DNA of 64,000 nt. Source: the human T2T-CHM13v2.0 reference genome, Homo sapiens. The stretch lies in assembly GCF_009914755.1 (NCBI RefSeq), contig NC_060935.1, one strand, 5' to 3'. Positions 15,020-33,490 of this stretch are shown one piece after another. The position numbers and the translations under genes were made by a program. Below the pieces are notes generated by a model. It saw nothing but the letters and a program-made list of their open reading frames with translations, did not search any database and was not told the DNA's origin. The first letter of the stretch is position 1. Each line of letters begins with the position of its first letter.

Positions 15020-15318
15020 GGCTAGGCACGGCAGCTCATGCCTGTAATTCCAGCACTTTGGGAGGCTGAGGTGGGTGGATCACTTGAGGTTAGGAGTTTG
15101 AGACCAGCGTGGCCAATGTGGCGAAACTCCGTCTCTACTAAAAATACAGAAATTAGCCGGTTGTGGGGGCACACCTGTAATCCCAGCTACTTGGGAGGCT
15201 GAGAATCACTTGAACCTGGGAGGCGGAGGTTGCAGTGAGTCGAGATCACGCCATTTTACTCCAGCCTGGGTGACAGAGTGAGACTCTGTCTCAAAAAATA
15301 AAATAAAATAAAATAAAA
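15020..15318 (+). mobile_element. Alu (S-like) with (AAAAT)n tail
   Basis: Full dimer. Confidence 0.92.
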
Positions 15319-15501
15319 GTGTGAGTATACATACACACGTACAGTTGGTTCTTGTTATTCTTGAAAGTTATGCTCCATAAAGTCACTGGGAACCCTGAAT
15401 TATTGAATACTGAACCATTGCTCCTAGGGGAAACATCGGGCTAGGTTCCTGTGAGCCTCAGGTCACAACGTTTTTGCCAACTGTTCGATACCTGACCTGG
15501 C

Positions 15502-15825
<324 letters not shown>

Positions 15826-15841
15826 TAAGACACCTTATTTA

Positions 15842-15996
15842 GGCTGAGTGCAGTAGCTCACGCCTGTAATCCCAACAGTTTGGGAGGCTGAGGTGGGAGG
15901 ATCACTTGAGCCCAGGAGGTTGAGGCGGCAGTGAGCCAAGGTCACACCACTGGACTCTAAAGCCTGGGTGACAGAGTGAGACCCTGTCTCTAAAAA
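15842..15996 (+). mobile_element. Alu monomer (FRAM-like) inside the MER82-like element
   Basis: Single-arm Alu flanked by TSD caccttattta. Confidence 0.8.
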
Positions 15997-16449
15997 GCAC
16001 CTTATTTACTGTATATTGTTGATTCATTAACATTGAATTCATGGCCAACTACGCTATAACTCATACCTGAATAAAGCCTCTCATGCATATTCTCTCTGTA
16101 AGGCGTGGGGCAGCCTCATGCACCTAGGAGCACTACACAGCAGCATATGTGCAGGGGACATTTTATACAGCAAAATTGCCCACAAAAAGCACAGTGATGT
16201 GGAAAGCATGGCACTAGCTAGACCGAGAGAAGGACACTTGCTTACATCTCGACAGCCGGAGCAAGAAGATGGGGCGTTGTGGCCTCAGTTGACCTCAGTT
16301 TGGAACGTGTGATGGTGACTCAGTTTTTTCACACTCTGCAAGTCAGTGAGTGATTGCAGAAGTGCTGTGAGGTTTAATTTGGGGGATATAAATAAATGTT
16401 AGCAAGTAGGCGAGCTCAAGTACGGAATCTGGGAAGAGGGAAGACTGTA

Positions 16450-17195
<746 letters not shown>

Positions 17196-17949
17196 TGCAT
17201 TTACCTGTTTTTAATTGTGGTAAAATACATATAACACTTATCGTCGTAACCATTTGTAAGTGTGAAGTTCAGTGGCATTAAGAACATTCATGTTGCTGGT
17301 AACCACTGCCACCATCCATCTCCCACCACAATTTAATAAATCATTGAAAACAGACTTTCTTGACCACAAACAATGGTGCAGCAGAAGCATCATAGATCTC
17401 TGTCTGTCCTGCTGGCTGAGCTGTGGCATCCTTCCTTTTTTATATTGTAAAAACTGTAAATAAAATGCCATAAAAACGCCAGCGTTGATCTTTGTGGAAC
17501 TTGCGGAGCTGACTGTAGAATGTGTTGGGGGTATAACAGGACCAGGGCAGCCCAGGTGTTTCTGAAGGAGACGAATCGGGAGGGACTCGCTCCGCCAGGC
17601 ATCAGGGCAGATTGCAAAGCCTTGTTTTTGCACATCATGCCGATGCGGGGTGGACAGTTAGACCAAGAGGAGCCCGGAAGCAGACCCAGGCTTTGGCATC
17701 AGGAGCTTTGGCATCTGGCAGAACTCCTGTCCCTGGGGTTGGGGTGTGAGGAGGTGTGCAGGGTAGTAGCGTGAATAACTGCTTTGAGGAGCTGAAGCTA
17801 GAAGGTGCCCAGAGCTGTGTTAGGTGTCAGAGAAGTTGTTTGTGAGGCATTGTGAGTAGAATTAAGTAACTTGAGTGCGTAATTGCCTCTGGGGATCAGG
17901 CCTGGGCATGCTCAACATTCACCAAGTCATGTTTGTTTTTCAATGCTCC

Positions 17950-18372
17950 AGCTCTTCCTCCTCCAGGAAGCCTGCCCAGTCTACCCACAGCCAGGTCTAC
18001 CCACAGTCAGCCCTTCCTCTTCTTAGAAGCCTGCCCACTCTAACCGCAGCCAGATCTTCCTCTGTCTAGGAAGCCTGCCTGGTTCACCCACAGCCGTGTC
18101 TTCTTCCTCTAGGAAGCCTGCCTGGTCCACCCATAGTCAGGTCTACCTCCTCCAAGAAGCCTGCCTGATCCACCCACAGCCAGATCTTCCTCCTCCAAGA
18201 AGCCTGCCTGGTCCACCAACAGCCAGGTGTACCCATAGTCAGCTCTTCCTCCTCTCGGAAACCTGCCAACTCCACCCACAGCCAGATCTTCCCCATCTAG
18301 AAAGCCTGCCTACCCCACCTACAGCCAGGTCTTCTTCCTCCAGGAAGCCTGCCTGGGCCACCTGCAGTCAGC
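17950..18372. repeat. Degenerate 43-bp minisatellite, about 9 units
   Basis: gaagcctgcc-type core at 17967, 18026, 18070, 18113, 18156, 18199, 18258, 18301, 18344. Confidence 0.9.
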
Positions 18373-19248
18373 TTATCCATCCCCAGGCTCCAGGCATTAC
18401 CTGTCCATGCATTCATCCCACCTTTTCTTCTTGGGTGGTTTTGTGTGTGCGTGTGTGTGTGTATGTGTGTATATCCTGCCCAACTAACCTGCAGGCTCCT
18501 TGACTCTGGAGCCCTGATGTCTTCTGTTTCTCTGTCTCTTCCATCATGCTGGCACTGGACGCAGGATCATTCCTGACTGATTAATCTCTAGCTTGTGTCC
18601 AGGCTGCAGCTTGCTCCGATGAGCAGTTGGAGGCCTAGTGTAATGCTTGGTGAATATATATAAGGCATGGACTGAAAATGTTGCTTATTTTGGTATAGTA
18701 GCAAAGGATTGGGTTACCTTGAATTGAGTCTTGTTTGGTGTAACCATGTAAATAAACAGTGTAAAATATAGGCTATTGGAATGGAAGCCCAGACATCTGT
18801 TATGAATTCTATATATAAATATTGGATATGCTTACATGGGTTAAAATGAGATTGTTGGCACTTGGGTTTTCAAACTCCTGATTCTGCTCCGGGTAGGACT
18901 GATCACGGGTCCTGGGACTCAAGGCAGGAGGGGCCACGAGCTGGCCTTTCTCTGACACTGACTTGCCAGAAGTGGGCGTTCCTGGGAGTGGCAGACATGC
19001 ACCCACTAGAGATAGATCTGAATCACCCCCTCACATTCTCCTAATAGTGCCAAGAACCCACAGCAGAGTGCGGGGTGTACTGAGTTTGTGCTGAGCAGGG
19101 GTGCCTGAATCCCGGATTGAAGAAAGTGTTCTACGCCCGATTAAACCAACTGGGAATCCAGGCAAAAGAAGACGTTCCCAGGGGAAGCCAGCCTGCCCAG
19201 TGTGCATGGTGCCTTTTAAACAAATTATCTGCATTCCCATTGGGATGA

Positions 19249-20073
<825 letters not shown>

Positions 20074-20316
20074 ATAATATTCGTTTTTATGCATCATTCC
20101 TTTTTATGGCCCCTCTCACCTCCGTCAGGTGGTGAATAGACTACGTTTCATTTATCCGTTCATCGGTTATGGACATTTGAGCTGTTTCCATGTTTTGGCT
20201 TTGTGAACACTGCTGTTAACATGCGTGTACCTGTATGTGTACATACATGAGTAGAGGGGTTCAGTTCTTTTGGGTATATATGTAGGAGTGGAATTACTGG
20301 TCATAGGATCATTCTA

Positions 20317-20695
<379 letters not shown>

Positions 20696-22499
20696 GGAAT
20701 GATCACTTCCTGTTTCATGAATGAGGAAACTGAGGCTCTGGGAGATGGGAAATCCTGCCCGGAATCTCACAGCTGGAGGCCAGGCCGGGCTTTGAATCCA
20801 GGCAACTGAGTCTGAGTGGATGGTGTGTGCTTTGTGTTGGAGCTGGCCCAGGGCTGGATGAAGGCAACATTTAATTAATGAAAACCACTACCCCCTCCCG
20901 GCTGTTACCTCTTGAGCGCTTTTCTATGAAGCATCCTGTTTAAGCCTCGCACTCTGTGATGTGGAGGTGCAGTAATTATCCCCATTTCACAGACAGGATG
21001 TTGAGGTCAGAGGGGTTGAGTGATTGTCATGGGCCAGGTCTCAGCCAGGCTTGCTAACCCTGGAGTCTGCCGTCTGCTCTGAAGTGGTCACTCTCAGCTG
21101 GAGAGCTGACCTGGCCCTTTTGCCTTTGTGATGTACGGTCCTGAAAAAAATATTTGCAGAAATAGCTTCATAGGAACATATATGGAATTTGGAATTAAAA
21201 AATATATTAAAAACTATATATTTACCAGTATTACAATATATTACCCAGAGACTTGTCTCCCTAATGAGGCCACCTTTACTTTTTCAATCTTTGTCTCCGC
21301 TGGTGCTTTCTCATAACTGCCATTCATTCTAGTAGAAATCATGGTTCACGGTTATGCTGGGTGTGTGGTTTTTGGTGTTGACATGTCGAACGTTTTGTTG
21401 TTACCGCAGTCATTTTGTTACTAGTTAATTGGTGCTACCTTTCCACGGAGACAATAGTCTAGTTACCCCTGCCGCTGGAGATTGTTCTTTTTTTTTTTTT
21501 TTTTTTTGCTATTACAAATAAGGCCTCAGCAAATATTGTGACTCAGACGTTTTCCTTCTTTCTGGTGTTTCTTGGGACAGACTCCTGCAGGGGTGATCCC
21601 TGGGGAGAGGGCGTAATTATTTTATGTTCATGATGCGGCAGTCACCACCGTGTTTCTGAAAGGTTTGTTCTGCACTCTGGGCTGCCAGTTGACATTCGGT
21701 TTTTCATGGTGATCTGGTGGGTCCTGGGGTGTGATGGTGGCCGGGCCCAGCTGCTTCAGCCCTCAGCCTGTCCATCCCCCACCCACACCCAGAACTGAGG
21801 CTCCAAGGTGCAGCCTCAGGTGTCTGCCACCCTGTGCATCCCTCATCGCCCCAGGTCTGTTGCCCTCCCTTCTCCTCCTTCTCAAATTACGCTGCCCAGA
21901 GGTCAGGCTAGAGGTCAGCAGGTCCATCACTGGATGGAATGACCTGGGGCAGGCCAAGGTATCTGGGGGCTGTGTAGCTGTGACCCCTGAGCTTCAGGGG
22001 GCTGTGAAACGAGAGACCTTGGGCACATGGGCACATGACGTGGTGGGAAGGCGCCCAGAGGACCAGCACCCGCCATGCTACCCCCACACTCTGCTCCAGT
22101 GTGCTCCCACCCCAGGACCTTTGCCCAGGCCTGCCGGCTCCTTCTTTCCCAGCAAGGCCTGCTCTGTCTCAGGTAGCATGCAGCCCCCCGACCCACTTCT
22201 CATGTAGCATGCAGCCCCCCGACCCACTTCACCCTGCACCATTTCCCTGATCTGCAGCGTTTATGATGTAACATTACTAAGGTGTCCTTATTGGCTATGT
22301 GTATTGCTTGTTTATTACCACCCACGTGAATACGGAGCCATTCAGGCCGTGTCCTGGGTGTCTGGGTGGGCCAGCTGGTGCTGGGCACTCGCCTGCTGGA
22401 GGAGTGAGTGCCCATGGCCAGCCCCTCCTGGTGCCTGGGCTGCGTCTCCTCCTTAGTGTGCTGCCTCTACAGGCTTTTCTCCTGAACTGTCCTCTTTGC

Positions 22500-22647
22500 T
22501 TTTTTTTTTTTTTTTAAGCTTTAAAAGAAGTTTTTGTAGAGATGCGGTCTTGCTGTGTTGCCCAGGCTGGTCTTGAACTCCTGGCCTGAGATGATCCTCT
22601 CTCCTCGGAAAGTGCTGGGATTATAGGTGTGAGCTACGGAGCCGGCC
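22500..22647 (-). mobile_element. FLAM / left-arm Alu
   Basis: poly-T...tttttgtagagatg...gtgctgggattataggtgtgagc. Confidence 0.8.
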
Positions 22648-23795
22648 CTTCCCTTCTACTCTGCTACTCTGCTGTTCTCTCTCCCTCCCGTCGGGTTCTG
22701 CTCCTGCCACGTTCTCCCCTCTCCCCACCAAAGGCTGGGTTTTCTTTGTCAGGGCTCCTTTCCCCTTTGGAGAAGAGGGGGCTGTAGGGCCTTGGTGCGA
22801 GGCCCTCCAGTGACAGGATCCCCCATCACCCAGAGTTCCACAGGCCCTGGTAGGGAGGAGGGGGAGCAGAAGAGGAGGTGCCATCTTTGCCTGCTGGGGA
22901 AGGGCAGGGGCCACCCACACAGAGCTCTCCCATTTGCTGTGGACCCTGGGGCCACTGCCAGTTCCTTCCAAAGGAAAGCCAGCTCCCCAGGTGGTGGGAG
23001 AGTGATGTGGCTTCCTCTTAAACTTAGGAATTGAGTGTGTGGTTGCTTCTAAGTGCCTTAGAAGCCGGAGCGGCTCCTGGAAAGAGCCTGCCTGCCACAG
23101 CGGGCCTTACCCTGGCTGTGCCCACAGATGTCCCTGGGGCCTGCCGCTCCTGCCCGGCTCTCCTGGCCTCCCCCGGTGTGGGTTGGGAAAAGCACAGCAA
23201 ATTAAAAAACACCTCCATCTCTGGCCTTTGAAGAATGCATCTGAACAGCCGAGAGTGTAAACCGTGGTGAAATGTGGTCTTTCCAGTTTGGGGAGAAGCA
23301 GGGCAGAGCTGGGGCTTTTGTACCCAGGGTTTCCAAGAGCTCCTGCCTCCCTCGGCTGGGCTGGCCAGGGCCCCCCGCTGGGACCTCCAGCTGTAATAGG
23401 GAAGGTTTTACTGGGTTGCTGGCCACTGTGGACTGCCCCTAAGGGCAGGTATGCCTGCCTTTACCCGGGTTCCCCTCCTGCCTGGAAGATACAGCCCATG
23501 GGAGGCCTGTTGTCTGTGGGATCCTCCAGCATCAGAGACACTGGGGCCAGCGTCTGCCTGGTGAGGTGCAGGCCTGGCAGGCCCGGTCCCCCACCTGCTT
23601 GAGCACCCACGGTGGTGGGGGCTCGCTGCCTCCCGAGACAATCTATGTCATTGTTGTCCAAGGAAGCTAATTTAGAGTAGAAAGTTCCGTGTCCAGTCCC
23701 ACTCTGTGCGTGTGTTAGCAGGGGACTCTCGGGCCGGAGCTGGGTCCACCCTGGTAGGGGGACTTCATGGGGCCTGGGCGACAGCACTGTGTATT

Positions 23796-23796
<1 letters not shown>

Positions 23797-23826
<30 letters not shown>
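23797..23826. repeat. (TG)n microsatellite (interrupted)
   Basis: Direct observation. Confidence 0.9.
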
Positions 23827-24679
23827 CTGAGGAGGTGGACCAGTTTCTCAAAAGGCCTGTGACCCCAAGAACCAAGGAATTTCAGCCTGGGTGGATCACA
23901 CCTTCACTGGTGAGTGGGACAAGCTGGGGGCCCTCGCCACAGGAGCAGCCAGGGCATGGGGCACAGTTGGCCTCATTCACAAAATGGGAGTATAAGTGAT
24001 CCCTGCTCTGGCGGCCAGGACGATGAGTGGGAACACACCGTGTGGGGGCTGCCTGGCCTGGGTGTGCCGCGGGTGTCCTTGTTGGTGATGGTTCCACCTG
24101 CTTGTGCCACCAGTGCCCTCTGGGTCTCACACACAACTCTCTTCCCAGCGAAGGCCCCTCCTGCCCTCAGGCCTCAGTGCTGCTTCCGTCTCGGAAGGCC
24201 CCAGGAGCTCCTGCATCCTGGGCGTGATTCCTGTGTGCCTGCAGACCCCCTCGCGGCTGCCATCTCATCCTTTGGTGCACCTGTTGGCCAGACCTCCTGG
24301 TAGCGGGTGCTGCACTCCCCTGAATGTGCCGGGGCCTGGGGGCAGGGACCTGGGCTCCTCCCTCACTGAGTGGAGGGAACTCAGTGTCTTGGAGTTGGGG
24401 TGCCTGCAGGCTGGGTGGTGCAGGTGAAATGCAGACCTCTCAGCTGGTGTTCCAGAGCAGCTGCCTTCCCCCGCCCGAGGGACTTCACCCGCAGCCCAGT
24501 CAGGGGTGGCGCCTGGGTGCATCGCCCGCAGGCTGGGTAGGGGTGGAGCCTGGGTGGCCCTGCCTGTGAGCTGCATAGTTGTCGCCTTTGACCCTGAGTT
24601 TTCTTCGTTATCTGTTTGGACCTGTTTGGGGCAGGCAGGGGATGAGATCTGAAGATAAATGCCTTAGCTGTGACCATCT

Positions 24680-26620
<1,941 letters not shown>

Positions 26621-28240
26621 TATTTGTGGCCTATGCCTTCCTGTTGTTTGACTTTCACAGTGTCCCTCGTTGCCACAAAGAACTGTAGACCTAAGATGAT
26701 GACAGCACGGGTGGGGCGGCGGAGGCGCCGCTGTCATTTTCCTGGCCTCAGGTCCTCTGTGTGTCCTCCCATCCTGTGGAGCATGTCTCCTGGGAATGGG
26801 AGGGGCCAGGATTTGAGCCAGTGCTTGTCTTGGCAGGGAGGCCTGTGCTCGGAACCATCTACCCCACTGCGCTGGGGTCTCCTGGGCCATGCTCTGGCCC
26901 TTTGTGTTCCCAGCTACCCTCATAGAGGCTGCAAATCTTTCCCCTGCTGAAATGAAACCAACTGAACTAACTACAGGATTCAGTTCTGTGATTGTCATTG
27001 GCTGAGTTGAGTTTGTTTTGGCTTTCTCTTTCTTGGTGAAGGTGGGAGTGTGGGGTTGGCTGGGCTCCCCCATCTGCGCAGGAGGACCCAGGGGTCTGCA
27101 GTTTTCATGAGGAATGTCAGCTGTTTCAAGCCAAGGCTTCAGATGTTTTTTGGGGGTGTTTGTGGCCAGCCCAGCCTAGCCCTGCTGACAGCAGACACGG
27201 ACTGATGGAGCTCCCTGGAGGCCCTTAACCTCCTCCTGTCCACATCTTGTGTTCACTCCTCATGTGGCTTCTTAGTCCCTCTGAGTCTGTGTTGGGGGTT
27301 GCTGGACCCTCCTGGTCCGACGTCTGAGGTGTCTGGTGGGGTGATGGTCTGAAGGCCTCTCCTGATTTCTCATTGAGCCCGTTGTGGGAATGAGACCGTT
27401 GTCTGTGAGATGAGGCTTCTTGCACAGGCAGAAGGGGCTGAGGGCTGCGGTGCAGAGGGAGGTGAGGGAGCCAGCCTGGCCGCAGGCAGATCAGGAATGC
27501 TTGGGGTGGGGTGGTGGAGAGAAGTGTAGGTGAGGCCAGAGGCCAAGGCCTTGGAGGCCAGGCTAGGGGGTCTGACCTTGTTCTGCATGGCACTGGCACA
27601 GGGAGCTGTGGAAGGTGTCTGAGCCAAGGGGTGGCATTCCAGAGTGACCCTTTAAATGTAGGAATGTCCAGAAGCAGGGTGGGAGAAACATGGAATACAG
27701 GGGTGGATGGGAAGCTGATGCCACGGCCAAGGAAACGGGCCTGAGCTTGGACAGTGGTCAAAGACTTGTAAGGGAATCTTGAGGCTCTGTCTGGCCTGGG
27801 CTCTGAACCCCTCAAAAAATGTGGCCCTGTGGCTGGGTCTGTAGCGAGCAGCATGGCCAGTGCTGTGCCTGCATGTCCCCATCCCCTGTGTCAGGCCAAC
27901 AAAGGGGATGTGGCTTCTCTGCAGAACAGGACAGGGCCCCTGTAGCCTCTGGAGGACGATGTGGGAGGTTTTGGGCATGGCAGGAAGGGTCACCCATATC
28001 TGGGGGAACAGACGTAACAGTTGGTAAACAAACAGGTGCTGTCACCGAATGTGGGAAGAAGGCTGTTTGCTGCGCTGCAGGAGCCTCTGAATGATGCGGG
28101 CCGGGGCTGCCCAGGCAACTTCCTGACAACGCCTTAGGGGTGGGAGGAAGGAACTGGAGGTCTTGGGCATGGGCAGGGCAGTACCAGGAGTGCTCTGGGC
28201 ATAGTGCTCCATCCCAGGGCTGTGTATCTTGCTGGCTTAG

Positions 28241-28672
<432 letters not shown>

Positions 28673-28761
28673 TAAACCCTGCTGCGACTCCACCTGGGTC
28701 CAGGGGGCGGGGAGTGTCACCATCTCTCTCTCGAATTTGCATGAGCCCAAGTTGTTTTTCA

Positions 28762-29397
<636 letters not shown>

Positions 29398-29446
29398 TCA
29401 AGATTTGTTATTGTTGAAGGAATTACTTCCCCTTGAGATTCCATAG

Positions 29447-29760
<314 letters not shown>

Positions 29761-30513
29761 CATAGTTATGTTCCTTTTTAAAACTTGCATGTCTGAGGCA
29801 ACCGATGTGGTTGGCCATGGGTTTGAATGGTTAAACACATCTTTGCTGTGTGTATGGTGGGCGGCCTGGGAAGTGCGGACGCTCAGGCAGGTGGAATTTG
29901 CACCTTCTCCTGGCTTTCTAATTGCATTGGCTGAAAAAGTGCAGCTCCTTGTCTGGAAGCAGAACCTGCTGGGAGTGGTTCTCGGGTCCGTTCTGGAAGC
30001 TGCCCTGTGTCCTCCTCAGCTCCTAGTCTGGCTGAGTTCACCTGGGCCCTTGAAGGCTCAGGGCCTGGCCGTGATCCCAGGTGGGGAGAGCGTGGGTGGC
30101 AGGAAAGCTTTGGAGTCGAAGTCCGGGGTGGAGAGTTTAAGGGGAGGTGGCCCAGCTCCACTGGCCAGCTAGGCCAGGTCACCCCAGACTCCCGAGCAGA
30201 GGGAACAGTTTGCTTGGCCACCCCTTGTCCCTCCTTTGTCCCTTTTCTTGCAGCCTGGGAGTGACTCTGGGGGCCGTACACACACCCTTACCTGGGCTGT
30301 GCTAAGCCCTGGCCCTTGCTGACCTGTCAGGTTCTGTGCTGGGTCAGTGTCAGAACTGGTTGGCAGAGGTCTTGACTAGAACACAAGAGCCATTTCCCAC
30401 CACCCCCAGGCTCAGTTGGAAGCCCTTTGCCTGTTAGTTCATTCAGTGTCACCACAGTCTCTCAGCACTCCCAGCCTGGACCTCACCGGTTGAGGGGCCG
30501 GCCTAGATCTTCT

Positions 30514-30783
<270 letters not shown>

Positions 30784-31254
30784 TAGAAAGTCCCAGGAGT
30801 GGGCGGCCATGCATCCAGGCCTGCCACAGGAGCCCGCCTGCCCTCCTCCCTGAAGTCAGGGCTCTGGAAGCCCTTCCCTTGGCCATGCCCTGTGGGACAG
30901 TGTCCAAGCTCTGGAGTAGGACTGAAGACCCCTGGGCTCTAGTCCTGGGGCCACCAACTTGCTGTTGCCCTTTGCAGTGACCTCCCCCTGACTCCCATGG
31001 TGCCGGCTGCAGGAGCCGGGCGGGAGGGGCTGGTTGCCAGATCCTGCAGATGCCCCTCCTCTGGGCCTGCCCAGGGTAGTGGGAATGAGGGTGTGGGGTG
31101 AGGGTCTGTCCTCACCAAGGCTGGTGTTTGGGAGCTCAGGAAGCAGAGTGCCATGTGGCCAAGTTCACCTCTTTGATCTGTGTGGTGACTTAGGAAGCCA
31201 TTGACTGGCTTCTGACGAGCATGGGAAGGGCTGGAGCCTTTCAGAGCCCAACAG

Positions 31255-31520
31255 GTTTGTGTGAGAGCCAGGCGTGTGTGTGTCTGAGCAACTGAGTGTG
31301 GGAGTGGGAGGATGTGAGCGTGTGTGTGTGTGTGTGCGTGTGCACGCATATGCGTGCATACGTGTGAGCCTGTGTGTGTCCGTGTGTGTGCATGCATGCG
31401 TGTGAGTGGATATTTGTGTGTGTATGAGTGTGCGCATGTGACTGTGTGTGCACGTGTATGTGCCCGTGTGAGCGAGTATGTGCGCGAGAGTGTCTGCATC
31501 TGAACCAGTCTGTGTGTAAG
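31255..31520. repeat. Degenerate (TG/CA/CG)n purine-pyrimidine tract
   Basis: About 260 bp of tgtgtg/tgcatg/tgcgcg. Confidence 0.9.
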
Positions 31521-32039
31521 TATGGGGTACCAGCAGGGGTGGGACACGGTGGAATTTATCGCCAAAGTATTTTGAGTCCCTGAGGTCAGGCCAGAGCAGC
31601 CTCGTGCCCCCACTACCTGAGAAGTGCCCCCGGCCTCCCAGGGGTGCTGTGCTGGGCAACCACTCATCCCTGGAGCCCCTCGTATGCCCTCGCTGCCCTC
31701 CGAGTGGGCTAGCCACCCCTGCAGCTGCCGGGGAGCCAGCTGACCTCCGGGGCAGCCTCTGTTCCGCTTGGTGAACTGTTGCCCTCTCAGCCCTCTCCCC
31801 CTGCACTGTGGCTCCAGGAGTCGCGGGGTTACTGACCTTCTTTTTGGAAGGGTCGGCTGGTGTAGCAGTGTCTCTGGCTAGGAGGGGGCATCTGCAGTAG
31901 TCGGAGAGGCTGAAGATAGCAGCTTGCTAGAAGCCCTCTCCCAGGGCCGGCCTGCGGTTGCTCACCAGCGGCTGCCATGGCCATCGTGTCGCCAGGACCT
32001 GCGCTCCTCCTGTCATTGCGTTCCCTCCCAGCGTGGGTC

Positions 32040-32720
32040 GCTGCAGCTCCCTCACCTCCCAACCAGGCATCCACTGCATTTGTGAGCCCTTGCGCCTGGT
32101 CCTGCTCCCCACGCAGCGGGTATAGCCCAGTCTCTGGCCCTTTCAGTGAGTGGGAGGAGATGGTAAATGAATAGTATTTGAAAGGGACGTGTGCGTAGGG
32201 GGATAAAGCAGTGCTTGGGTGCTGTGGCGAGGGGCTTCCGTCGGAGCTCAGGTGCTGGGAAGGCCTCTTGGTGACTTTTGAGTCGAGACTGGAAGCAGAT
32301 GAGGCTGAGAACCGTGTGGCTGTCTGGGGGCAGCGCGGTCCAGGCAGAGGGATCAGCCAGTGCAAAGGCCCTGGGCTGGTTTGGGGCGGGGCCTGTTTGA
32401 GGGGCTGTAGCAGAATGTAGGGAAACAGGGCCCAAGGTGTGAGGAGAGGACACATGAGGTCTCGAGCAGAGGAGGTGCCAGCTCTGACTCGTGCTGGAAG
32501 GCATCCCCTGGTGGCTGGAGCGAGAGTGAGCTGTGGGGTGGGTGGCGTGGGGGCAGGAGCCCTCTCCACGGTTATTACCGGGATCCTGGCGACAGAAAGC
32601 AGCAGCGGGGACACCTCACTTGTGGGGGTAAGGAGTGGCGAGATTTGGGATCTGTTCTGAAGAGAAAAGACAGCTGGATTTGCTGGCACTCTGCATGTAG
32701 GTTCGATAAAAAGATGAGAC
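32040..32720 (-). mobile_element. L2 fragment
   Basis: tccaggcagagggatcagccagtgcaaaggccctg, an antisense L2 hallmark. Confidence 0.7.
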
Positions 32721-32929
32721 AAGGTTGGCACGGTGCCACTCTGTGCCTCAGTATCCTTGTCTGTACAGAGGCGTGACCATGCTGCATGTCATGAGGAAAA
32801 CACCAAGAACAGTTTGTGAGTTCAACAAATGTTAGCTGTCGTTATAATAAAAATGCCCTTTCCTCGCCACCAGAAGTCCAGTCTCCATGCCTACGTGGTT
32901 TTGTCTTTTTACTTCTTTATGGCTTTTGC

Positions 32930-33490
32930 TATGTTGGTTGGGAAGTGCTCAGTGCTAGGTTGGGAGGTGATCAGTCGGGAGGTGCTAGGTGATTTGTTGG
33001 GAGGTGCATGATGCTCAGTTGGGAGGTGCTAGGTGCTCGGTTGGAAGGTGATTGGTACTTTGTTAGGAGGTGCTTGGCGCTTGGTTGGGAGTTGTTGGTG
33101 TCCAGTTGAGAGGTGCTAGGTGCTTGGTTGGGAGGTATTTGATTGGGAGGTGCTTGGCACTTGGTTGGGAGGTGCTCTGCACTTGGTTGGGAGGTGCTCG
33201 GTGCTAGGTTGGGAGGTGATCAGTTGGGAGGTGCTAGATGCTCTGTTGGGAGGTGCATGATGCTCAGTTGGGAGGTGCTAGGCGCTTGGTTGGGAGGTAA
33301 TTGGTACTTGGTTGGGAGGTGCTTGGCACTTGGTTGGGAGGTACTTGGTGCCTGGTTGGGAGTAGTTGGTGTCCAGTTGAGAGGTGCTAGGTGCTTGGTT
33401 GGGAGGTATTTGATTGGGAGGTGCTTGGCATTTGGTTGGGAGGTACTTGGTGCTTGGTTGGGAGATGCTGGGCCCTTGGTTGGGAGTAGT
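32930..33490. repeat. G/T-rich minisatellite (core ggttgggaggtg, about 22-bp unit, about 249-bp higher-order period)
   Basis: More than 20 copies of ttgggagg-like cores; blocks recur at 32952/33201 and 33001/33250. Confidence 0.9.

Noticed and set aside
31829-32731. Longest ORF in the track (300 aa, minus strand)
   Set aside because: Overlaps a decayed L2; low-complexity Pro/Ser/Ala composition with no recognisable domain; expected by chance in GC-rich DNA.
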